Below, one piece after another: positions 1 through 10,061 of a stretch of 64,000 bases of DNA. The notes beneath the pieces are model-generated. The model was given only the letters and a program-made list of their open reading frames with translations. It was not told the origin of the DNA and searched no databases. The first letter of the stretch is position 1. Every line of letters starts with the position of its first letter. Where the stretch lies: NCBI GenBank assembly GCA_907165135.1, contig OU015566.1, positions 2,666,001 through 2,730,000 of the forward strand. Reading direction: 5' to 3'. Position numbers and translations under genes: made by a program. The stretch comes from Oikopleura dioica. Its lineage: Eukaryota > Animalia > Chordata.

Positions 1-490
1 GAAATCGCGGAAACGAGAAAAAGAAGAAGGTTCATCCGTGTTTCGGTCCCTTTTTTGGATATTGATATTGACAGAAAAGCATATTAGGGCGGCATTTATA
101 TGCAAGAAAAAGGGGATTAGGTTCGCTTGATCAAGTGGATAATACACGACGACGGGAATTCGTTATTCTCGTTTGCTCTTACTGTATCTTTTCCCATTGA
201 TAAGTCACTATTTCGTGAATAGTCAAATAGTTTCGGCTGTCATTTCTACCTGAAAAAACAGCATTGTTTGTTAGTTTTTCGTTAGAAATCATCATTTATT
301 CTCCAAATGAATCGTTAACGACAACATGCACATGATATTCTCCCTCAAAATCGTCAGAATCAAAGATAGGGATAACCTAATTTACCAATAAAAAAATTAG
401 ACAAGCTCAAAACTTCCGGTCTAAAAATCACTCCAAGCCTAGATTAATTTCCTCTTCTCTTCTCATTTGAGAGAAAAATTGACAAACACG

Positions 491-1031
491 ATGGGTTTTT
501 ACTACGACAATAACGTATGAGCTCTTCCCCCTTTTACTCTCCTAAGAGATATTTTTAGCAAGGCTTCTACTACGCCGTTCCTGTTGAAGAGCAGGCTCCT
601 CAGTTCCAGCCGCGATTTGGTGGATTTTCGCCTTACCGACAGGGATTTTACTACGACCAGCAGAGAAAGTCCAAGCAAGGTACACAATAACCATCTTCTT
701 CCTTGATCCCATCATATTAGGTTTCTACTACGACAGATTCGACGGCGAAACCAGCTTCGCCGCCGCCTGGCAAGAAAACGACGATGCCAAGCGCGCCCTC
801 GATGCTGCGGAAAAAGAGGCCACCAAGAAGGTCTCAATCTTCGCCGTCAAGAACAAGCACTCGCCAAACCAGGTGCAGAACCGAATCCTCGGAAACATCG
901 CTGGCGAGCGACTCGCTTATGAAGCTTGTGAGATTTACATGAACGAAACTGCTCCTAATGATCTCTCTGCTGATGAAATCCGAGCCGAAATCTTTGAAGT
1001 TGTCAAGAAGGCCATCACTGCTGATGAATAA
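491..1031 (+). CDS. Small orphan protein (~150 aa) with four GFYY motifs; exons 491-514, 559-679, 721-1031
   Basis: ATG at 491; GT-AG introns 515-558 (44 nt) and 680-720 (41 nt) join an open frame MGFYYDNNQGFYYAVP...RQGFYYDQQRKSKQGFYYDRFDGETS...KKAITADE*; AATAAA shortly downstream. Absent from the ORF track because it is split by introns. Confidence 0.72.
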
Positions 1032-1691
1032 GCATCGATTTGATTCATTTGTTTTATATTGTCAATAAACTTATTGAAAACTTGTTTCGAGGGAAAAATA
1101 GATTTGATCGTTCATGAACTTTGTTGTTGAACTTGGCCCTCCTCAAAAACGATTTTCACGCAATCCATCATTCATGTTTTCATCGACGTTTCAGAAATGA
1201 CATTTCGCTTCCCCCGCGTGAAGTCTTTCTTTCGTCAGAAGGTAAATTATTCTGCGTTTCAGGAGTTGAGTATTTACTGCTTTGATGATTGGTATTCCAA
1301 ACTCAAGTTTTCAACAAGAATGTTAGATTTAATACAAGAAATTTTCATCCTTTTTTGATAAATCCGATTTTCTTTTCAAATAAATATTTAATTCGAACTC
1401 TTATTGTCTTGAATGGAAGGTCTTAACAAAAATCCTTCGGGGTTCAAAAGGTTCCCTGAGTTTGAAGGGCCTTTTCTGAAGAATCTACAGATATAAGTGT
1501 TAACCGTCGATGAGCACAAGATCATTACTGATAGGTTGCAATTAACACCCTGTCCCCGAAGAAAATGTTCTGAGCAGTTAGAACAGCGCTGCGTGCCCAA
1601 CACGCCGCATAATCTCCTCTTAGCGATCCTTTCTGACCTTCTACACGTACATTCTTTTATTTCGAAAAAAAAACGGAGAGATTAATCAAAA

Positions 1692-4544
1692 ATGGGTTTA
1701 TTTGGAATTTTTTCGTATTTTGCCAAAATCGACAAGGATGGATCTGGATATCTAGAGCTGAATGAGATTGAAGGTAAGGTTTAAATATATTAGTGAGGAT
1801 GAGGGTCTTCGTAAAGGGTTTCAATGCGATCCCCTCGTTGTTAAATTAAAAAAAAATTCTTATGAAATAAGGGTATCTATTTTATAAATTTTGATAAAAT
1901 CTCTGATGAAATAAGGGTATCTCATTGTTAATTTTTTAAGAATACTTAAAATTATAGTCAAAATTAAGATAACATGCAAAATAATATTTTAAGACCTCGC
2001 TCGTGAAATTTTCGGCGCCGAAAAAAAACAAGAAGTCAACGAATACGTCGGTCGAGTTTTTAAAGAATACGACGCTGATAATTCTGGAGAGCTGAGCTAT
2101 GAAGAGGCTCGAAATTTCATCAAGGGTATCTACACATATTTCGAAAAGGCCGGAAACCTAACGGAGGAAGAAAGAGCAAAGTTGTTTGGAATCATTGAAC
2201 AGGTAATTTTTGGTTGAGAATGATGAGTGGGAGTTAAAATTGAGCAGTTATTTTATTTTCGTCTTGACCCGGTCAAGAAGTTGATGCGCTAAGATCAGTG
2301 TTTTATCCACTACAAAAACTGTCTTCCAAAGCAACCTCAACGCAATTAACCTTTGGTACAATTTTGAGAGCTTTTGAGGGTTGAAATGATGGGTTTATTA
2401 TGTGACTTTGGAAATATGGCCTGTGAATTTATGTCTTTCCCCGTCACAAGTAGCGATTTATCGCTCTGATGTCAATCCTCGTAATCAGCAGTCCTTTTTC
2501 TAATACGTTTCTTTTATACTTGTATTTAATTCATCCTTATTTTAGACAGAAGAACAAGTGGAAGTACCACAGGTAACATTCAATGTCATTTTGGCTTCTC
2601 ATTTTCATGCACATTGAAAATGATCTGGAATAACTACGATAACTCTTATCAGCACGAGTTATCAAATGCGCCTGTAGCTGTATCGGAGTCAACAGTGCAA
2701 GAAGTGGTCGCGCCGGTAGAAATTCCCATTCCTCCAAAGGTTTTATTCGTCAATTTATAAAGCCCAAATACATCATGCTTTATGCTTCTTATTTCAAAAG
2801 AAATAAGATGTTTCGAATATGTTAGGAATAGAAATGATAAATAAAAAATTCTCAAAACTCCCTCTTCGCTTAGGTTGAATTGCCACCACCACCGCCACCT
2901 GCAGAACCTGAGCCAGTCAAACCCGCTCCTGTCGAAAACAAGCCAGTTGAAATCAAAGTGGAAATTCCACCAGGTTCGTCCCTTACTCACTAAGGAGCCC
3001 TTATGAAGATCAAGCGTGGATCTTCATATCAACCTCTCTCTTTTATAGCGCTAGAATATTTCTTGATTGTTTTTGTCTCTTGAAATATTCTCTTCCAAAC
3101 CGCGATTATTTCAGTTGTCGTTCCTGAACCAAGTGAAGAGGTTAAAAAGTTACTTGAAGAAGGACCAAAATTGGGGGCGAATGGAGAGCTTCTTGGTCCT
3201 GATGGAAAGCCGATTCTTGGGCCAAATGGCGAGCTTTTAGGTAATTAAGATATATGGACAAAATATGCAATTAATAAAGGCGCGGATGGAAAACCGCTTC
3301 TTGGACCAAATGGAGAAATCCTCGGCCCTGATGGAAAACCTCTTCTCGGCAAATTTGGCGAATTACTGGGTCCAGATGGAAAATCTCTTCTTGGAAAATT
3401 TGGTCATCTTCTTGCGCCACCAGATGGACGAGCGCTTTTGGGCAAATTTGGAGAAATTCTTGGCGCAGATGGTAATGCGATTTTGGGACCAAGTGGTGAA
3501 ATTTTGGGAGAAAATGGATGTGCGCTGCTTGGACCGATTGGAGAACTCCTTGGTCCCGATGGAAAGCCGCTTTTGGGGAAATTTGGACAGTTGCTTGGTC
3601 CGGGAGGAGTGAGTCTTTTGGGACCGAATGGAGAGATTCTTGCGCCAGGTAGGCCATCAGAACTGGCAAAATATCAGTTTTGGTCATTTTTGAACGACCA
3701 TTTTTTAGGAGGAGTCGCCCTTTTGGGTCAATTCCAGCATATTCTTGGCCAGGACGGAAATGCTATTCTTGGCAAATTTGGTCAAATTCTTGATGCCGCT
3801 GGTGCCTCCCGTATTGGTGAATTTTCGCAACTCCTTGGCCCCGATGGTAAGTCTCTTCGTGGAAGATTTGGGGAGCTTCTTGGTGCTGACGGACGACCGC
3901 TTCTTGGACCCAACGGAGAACTTATTGGTGCTGACGGACGACCGCTTCTTGGACCAAATGGCGAACTTATTGGTCTTGATGGTCAACCTCTTCGTGGACC
4001 AAATGGAGAGCTCCTCGGTCCTGGTGGAAAACCTCTTGTTATGAGAACCGCAGCAGGTTAGAAATAAGATTTTCCGGTCATGTTTAATTTCGAAAAAGTT
4101 GCACCAAAAGTCGAAGCGAAAGTCAGTTCCGCGGCGCCACAAGCCGCTAGTCAAAGTCCCGCTTCTACCACGAATACAGCCCCGAAAGAAACACCAGCAG
4201 CTCCAGCAGCAACTACTGCCCCAGCTGTTTCTTCAACGACTTCCGATCAGAGCTATTCTCTTCCACAAAAACAGGAAATTTTCGAAAATTCTTCAGATCA
4301 TTATTGAAATTTTTTCCTTTTGAAATCATGAAAGACTGTCCGATCATCATCGCCAGTAGAAGAAGCGACGATTCAGCCAATTTCCACAAATTCAACTGAA
4401 GCTAGCCAAGAAAAGGTTAGTAAGTCTTTCGAAATCGAAGCACCTGAAAGCGAAGCATTGTATCGGACGATTAGACAAAACAGATTACAGTGTAATGATC
4501 ATGCTATCAGAGCTTGTCTGATGCATTCTGCTGAGTTTAAATGA
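1692..4544 (+). CDS. Two-EF-hand protein with Pro/Glu-rich linker, ~17 x 15-aa LG(P/K)xGE(L/I)LGxDGKPL repeats and Ser/Thr/Ala-rich tail; multi-exon
   Basis: EF-hand loops DKDGSGYLELNE (exon 1692-1773) and DADNSGELSYEE (exon from 1995); further in-frame exons near 2546, 2653, 2875, 3115, 3280, 3710, 4099 and 4335; stop TGA 4542-4544. Linkage of all exons into one gene is inferred from compatible phases. Confidence 0.65.
3171..4040 (+). repeat. Coding tandem repeat, 45-nt/15-aa period (LGPNGELLGPDGKPI type), about 17 copies over three exons
   Basis: Direct reading of the translation: LGPNGELLGPDGKPI, LGPNGELLGADGKPL, LGPNGEILGPDGKPL, LGKFGELLGPDGKSL and so on, up to RGPNGELLGPGGKPL. Confidence 0.9.
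4275..4334 (+). other. Predicted GA-AG intron with terminal stem (TTTCGAAA/TTTTGAAA, 8 bp including one G-U)
   Basis: Phase-0 removal joins ...PQKQ to TVRSSSP...; 3' arm ends 9 nt before the intron end; purine-rich acceptor TCATGAAAG. Not anchored by homology. Confidence 0.5.
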
Positions 4545-4826
4545 TTTGTAACCAAGAGGATTCGCCCTAATGCTGGTCTCACACTTCGTTAAAGCATTTT
4601 TCCAGAGCTGTCACCAGTTTTTTGAGAAAAGAAATTCTCAAGAGTGATGGAGGTGGGTGATGATTGGGCGGGGGTTTTTGATGATAACGTGGGAGATAGT
4701 GAGAACTGACCACTTGACAGCTGACGGATGAGCGCTAAAATTGTCAATTTCGTTGAAAAGTAATTGCTGGAAGTGTTCCAACTAGATGGTTATTGTGGGA
4801 GAAATTTTGTTTTCTTTTATTCAGTA

Positions 4827-5001
4827 CAGTGGCATTTGCGGTTGCCTCCCTATCCAAACGCTTCTAGAGAGGGAGGCAACGCGGGACGATTTCTGGTTCG
4901 ATTTAATGCGCCCTTATAGTCTATAAGTTATAGAAGAAGAGCGTCTGGATAGGGAGGCAACGAGGGACGCTCCAACAGGGAGGCAACCGCAAACGCCACT
5001 G
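4827..5001. mobile_element. Tc1/mariner-type MITE (175 bp)
   Basis: 25-bp TIR CAGTGGCATTTGCGGTTGCCTCCCT / AGGGAGGCAACCGCAAACGCCACTG (1 mismatch), TA on both flanks, internal copies of AGGGAGGCAAC. Confidence 0.85.
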
Positions 5002-5093
5002 TAATTTCAAATAAGGGTGTCACTATCTTAATTTTTTTTCTTCGAATCTTCGAAATCGCTTCATTGATTTCCACCCCCTTAATTTTCTTTCAG

Positions 5094-5556
5094 GTTTACA
5101 AAGCAGGAGGAAGTCTTCGTTCAGAAAAACCCGATCCTTTCGCAAAACAAGAAGATGATGGTTTCGATTACTCTGCCCAGGTTTCGAACAAAATAAACTT
5201 ATCATTATTCTATGTCCAATAAGGCAAATGCGATGCAAGCTCAAGTTGACAAAAGAAAACTCATGGAAAAACTGAAGAAAGAAAAGTTGGCAGCTCTTCG
5301 AGCGAATCGACCGACTGGACATGATGGTTGGTTCGAACCACTAGGAATTTACTTACCAAAGGTTTGCAGGAACAAACGGTCTTTCCCTGTCTAATTGAAT
5401 CTTAAGCCCAGCGCCTGTGAAATCCCAGACACCTGCCCAAAAGAAGTCAAGTTTTTCCGCGATCCAATTTCCCGCCAGTGGATTTCCGTCCGCCAAATCG
5501 CCCCCGATTTCGTTCGAAAAGACCGTCCCGGGGAAGAGAAGCCGACAGCAGAGTAG
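5094..5556 (+). CDS. Orphan protein, 3' exons (VYKAGGSLRSEKPD...ANAMQAQVDKRKLMEKLKKEK...PSACEIPDTCPKEVKFFRDP...); start not resolved
   Basis: Three exons joined in frame by short GT-AG introns; stop TAG 5554-5556. Confidence 0.45.
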
Positions 5557-6186
5557 GGCTCCAAAAATGCTTTTGCCAGTTTCGCTCCGATTTCTTTCGC
5601 TTCGCTTCGCTTTTTTTTCATGCCTAGATTATTTCGCTACGCACTGATTTTCGTCGCGATTTCGTCCCGAAAATTTCTTTGCCAGCTTTTTTTTCAAAAT
5701 TATGAAAAATTTGAGTCAAAAAATCGAATATTCAAAACGAATATTGAGTTTTGTTCTCTCTGCCTCTTTCGACGGGTAGAGCCTTAAATTATGATCCAGG
5801 AGCATCATGATTTTGAATAGGACATTTTTGGAACCTGCCCAACTGAAGGAGGAGGAAATATGATGATGCGACTTGGTTAACATTTGGAGGAAGCAATTGA
5901 AATTTGTTGAAATCTGTACCATACTGTTATTCAACTTTGTGCTGTATAAATAATAAAAACTCAAATTCTCAAGAACAATAAGCATTATTCTAGATCAGTT
6001 CTGATTGAAATTTGTGTAAAAAAAGCTGGTTTTCGATTGGTAAGGGTATTCAACAGACCGTCGTGCCCCGGGGTCTCATCCCTTCTGAATACCAACTTAC
6101 TTCAAGTTAACAACGTGCCTTTAGACCCTTGTCAACGTTTGAATTTTTGAAAATAACCGCGGAAAAAGACTGATAGAAAGAGAAAA

Positions 6187-7364
6187 ATGAACCACGATCA
6201 TCATAACCACGGCCATCATGAAATTCCACAGTCAGAAGAAACAGTAGGAGGAGATTATCAAGAAGATCATGGAGCTCATTCTATGAGCGGACACGTGAGT
6301 TTAAGTGATCAGAAAGCTTTATTATTTGTTGTCAATTTTGGTTTTGGGAAAAACTGCCGAAAAAATTGTGATTCAGTCACAAATTTTCAGCAGAAAAAAA
6401 TTTTTTTCAGCTACTGTTTTTCGCATAACACTTGATTAATTGCACAGGCAAGTGCTGCTATCAATGTGACAAACTCTTGAAAATTCACGTCACCACTCTC
6501 ATCCATGTCCATTGTACGAAAAATGTCATCCAACACGGAATCGGGCCCGAGTTCCAAAAGGCCCTTGAACTCAGCTAAAGTATACTTTAGGTAATTGTTA
6601 AATTCAATCGCTTACTTTGAAGTAATTTCCGGCACTCTTCTTTTGAAGTTTTTATCTGGGCCGGCATGCTGGTAGAACACTTCAATATTTGCTGCCATTG
6701 CTCCCTGAAGTCGTGACATGTTTTTTCTTACGGGTTTTTACTAAAATAAGTAAATGGAAAAGTGGGAAAAGCGAGGGTCGATTTTATACCATCCTAGCTT
6801 CCGGTCTATTTTCTATTCCATTTTAATCTTGATCTAACTACTCGCTTTTGTGGAATTTTATCATCTATTTTTTACTGAATTATTCCAGGCTTCATCCTTC
6901 ACATCCAATTTCGGCCAAACTCTACTCTTCTCTGGCTGGGAAATCAAGGACGAAAAACACTTGGCGATAGCTTGCGTTGCCGTCGCCGCAATCGCCATTA
7001 TCAACGAAGGATTAAAAGCCGCTCGTCAAAAACTCACGCACAAGACAAAGCCCGGACAGTTTTTGAACAAAACTTACGGCCAAAAGATTTGCAACAGATG
7101 GCACATTATCAACACGATCTTATCTCTCATTCAGGTGAATATTCAATTGAAAGACTCATTTTTAAAAAATGTATCAAATTTTAAGAATATTTTATCATAT
7201 GCGCTGATGTTGGCTTTTATGACTTTTCAAACATGGATTTGTGTGTCGATTCTTCTTGCTCATATGGTAAGTTTCTTATCATGAAAACTCATGAACGCTG
7301 AATTTTAGGTTGGGCATTTTTCTTCGGAGTTTTCCACTCTGATTTTGCCTACGACCACTGCTGA
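6187..7364 (+). CDS. CTR/SLC31 family copper transporter; exons 6187-6294, 6889-7134, 7186-7266, 7309-7364
   Basis: His-rich N-terminus MNHDHHNHGHH, LLFSGW motif, three hydrophobic segments, TM2 MxxxM (MLAFM), C-terminal DHC; all introns GT-AG. Confidence 0.9.
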
Positions 7365-7788
7365 AAAGTACATGTTTGAAGCCTTTTGTGTTTAATCTTG
7401 TTCTGAATAAATTATTTTGTATGTATTTTGTTTGATGCGAAAGCTGACAGAAATCTGTCTTTGAAAAATGTCAGCGACTAAACAAATCTTGTGTTAATAT
7501 TGTTTTGCGTTTAATTTATTTATCGAGGCTTCTTGAAGACTTGAACCAAGAGGCGTTTTCAAAAGAACATTTTTAAAAGAAAAAGAAAAATGTTTATTTC
7601 TCCTTCTTATCAGCTGATTTCTTGTTCTAAACCGGGGAGATACAAAAAGAATTGGAAAACGATTTTGATTGACATCGTCAAAGATCCGTTTTTTATTCCT
7701 GGGAATAAGAGAATCAGTTGGAGAATCAAGAAGCCGTCAAAGGAAGCTCAAAATAATAGAAGCAGATGAACTTGCATCGAGACTTTTG

Positions 7789-7898
7789 TGCCGCTATGTG
7801 CCGCTTTGTGCCGCCTTTTGCCCGCAAAAAAGTCTGAGTTCCTTCAGATTTGAAAAAACTGGGCTACCGTAGGCGGCACAAAGCGGCACTAAGCGGCA
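7789..7898. repeat. Small foldback: three 10-bp GTGCCGCTTT-type units inverted against three units
   Basis: TGCCGCTATGTGCCGCTTTGTGCCGCC (7789-7815) is the reverse complement of GGCGGCACAAAGCGGCACTAAGCGGCA (7872-7898) with 2 mismatches. Confidence 0.8.
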
Positions 7899-8059
7899 TA
7901 AAACAGCATTTCTCTCGTTCTTGAGCCTTTTAGTCAAATATATGGGTTTATATCGCTTCAATTTCGTTCAAAGTCATCCACAGTACTCCACCTCAGCAAG
8001 ACATCGTTCATCAATTCGACAATGAACAACAGATTTCATAGAAAAAATATTCTTGAAAA

Positions 8060-8711
8060 CGATGAAAAGAAAATAGATCAGATTTCAGAGATTTTACAGA
8101 ATCAGTTTCAACATCGAAAAATAAGGACACACTGAGGAAGGGATGAAAAAAAAAACAATTTTAATATTCGATGAATCATCAAAAAACATATTTTTTTCAT
8201 TGACAAAAGGACGAATAGTGAGCATTTGTTCGGAAACATCGATTTCGAACAAGAAGAAGATGATGGCAGCGATTCTGGAAGCGAAAGTGGCGATGGAGAG
8301 AAACAGTTTCAGGATGAAGATCTCGAAATCGTCAACGCCCAGGAAGAAGAAGAAGCGGATGAGGGCGGCGACGACGATGACGATGATGGCGATGACGACG
8401 GAGGAACTGATGATGATGACGGGTAAGACAATCTCTTCCTTAATTTGATTTTTTGCTGAAGTGGTTTTGGTGAAAAAGACGCGGACGAACGGCAAGTCGA
8501 TATTTTGTGCCATGAAATGTTCGAAAACGACCCAAAAATGGGCGATGGTGAAATTGAGGCTGCATATCTTGAGCTCGAACTGCAGCAGAATATGGTTGAA
8601 TGCCTTGATTACGAATATGCCAGAGAAGGTGAATCTGATGAAGAGGATGATGAGTTTTCGGTTAAAAATCAGAGATGCAATATTGACATTACTTTCAAGA
8701 ATTTGACATGA
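8060..8711 (+). CDS. Highly acidic (D/E-rich) orphan protein; 5' end unresolved
   Basis: ORFs 8226-8426 and 8505-8711 are joined by a GTAAG..AG intron (about 8424-8460); an upstream exon is joined through a GG-AG intron at 8140-8209. Confidence 0.5.
8140..8209 (+). other. Predicted GG-AG intron with perfect 10-bp terminal stem ATGAAAAAAA/TTTTTTTCAT
   Basis: Arms 8143-8152 and 8191-8200; 9 nt (TGACAAAAG) to the intron end; restores the only open frame (LRK-TNSEHLFGN). Confidence 0.6.
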
Positions 8712-8926
8712 TGATTTAACCGATTTGACAGGCTGACAGCGATTTTTCTCTTGATGAATATGATCTTTTGTGCTCTGAAGCGGATTAAATTATTTCTAAA
8801 ATAAAAAATAAACAGATGATGATAGTCAGTTATTTACACAAAAATGAGTAGCAAACTGGGAATCCAGCCATCTGGGGGCGATTCCATGAATTATACAAAA
8901 AAAAAAATTGAAAAAATAGAAAAATT

Positions 8927-10061
8927 ATGAAGCTTTTTTCAACAATTTTAGCCACTACCTCTGCCTTGACCGAGAAAGGCGAGTACACCCTTCCAGATGA
9001 CTTCAAAGCCTGGGCGGAGGAGCACCACAAAGTTTACCCAGACTGGCGAGTCGAGAGAAAAGCATTTGGCGACTGGCAGAAAGCGAAATTATGGATGAAC
9101 GCAAAGGCGGAAAACTACGATTTTGAGCTTGGACTGACTTCCGTTGCGGATCAAAATCCTTTCCGAAAGAATGAAATTAAAAGGTCTGATGGGTGTCCGC
9201 CGGTGAAGATTGAAATCGATGGGGATGTGCCTGAATCGCTCGATTACAGAGCTTTTGGGCCGGATAAAGAGGACTGTATCGGACCTGTTTTTAATCAGAG
9301 CGCATGTGGACCTTCATCAGCGCTCGCGGTCAAAGATGTTTTAGGAAAGGCTTTTGATCAGTAAAGGTCAGGGTTTGTGCAAAATCTTAAGCAATTTTCA
9401 AAACCATTCTAAGACAGCATTATCTGTATTCAAGACAATGTCCGAGAAGACATATCACTTCAAAACATCGTCGACTGCGCAGATTGTCCCTTCCCCGAAA
9501 ATCCCGGGCCAGACTGCCTCCTCGCCGGAGCAGTTGCGAATAAGGGCGCAAATTGCGAAAAGTGCTACCCGACGAGCAATTATTGCAAGCCGGGAACTTG
9601 CAAATACGATCCCTTCTGCAATTGCTCGAATATTCAGGGCTGTGGGGTAAAGAACAAAGCAAAGAATTTTCATTCGAAAAATATTTCTAGATGATGAACC
9701 CAGAAACTGACGAAAAACTGCTTGCTTATGCTCTTTCGAAGTTTGGAACGATGTCTGTAGTTGTCGATGCCGGAAATCCATCTTTTCAGGTTTCACTAGA
9801 AATTTAAGGACCTCCCTTCCTTAATTTTTTTTTCAGCTATACACTTCGGGAATCTACTCCGAGCCGAAATGCCGAACTGATCATGGCAATCACGTGATGT
9901 CGCTCGTCGGCTACGGAACTGAAGACGGAAAAGATTATTGGATCCTGAAAAACTCCTGGGGAACCGGGTGGGGAGAAAATGGATTCATGCGAATGGCGAG
10001 AAACGCCGGAAATATGTGCGGAGTTGCTTCTTACTGTACTTACCCGATTTATACCTTGTGA
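8927..10061 (+). CDS. Papain-family (C1A) cathepsin L-like preproprotein with catalytic Cys replaced by Ser; exons 8927-9344, 9414-9646, 9691-9789, 9837-10061
   Basis: Signal peptide, I29-like prodomain, VPESLDYR, QSACGPSSAL (canonical QGxCGSCWAF), ISLQNIVDC, NHVM, YWILKNSWGTGWGENGFMRM. Confidence 0.9.
9345..9413 (+). other. GA-AG intron with terminal stem TTTTGA/TCAAAA
   Basis: Removal gives ALAVKDVLDSIICIQDNVREDISLQNIVDC, gaplessly colinear with cathepsin L AFSATGALEG...LSEQNLVDC; 3' arm ends 10 nt before the intron end. Confidence 0.8.

Noticed and set aside
1-260. Minus-strand exon RNDSRNYLTIHEIVTYQWEKI
   Set aside because: Plausible splice sites but truncated by the window edge and no recognisable homology.
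3265-4154. Overlapping ORFs 3265-3612, 3271-3687, 3705-4154, 3745-4044
   Set aside because: Frame and strand shadows of the 15-aa repeat exons.
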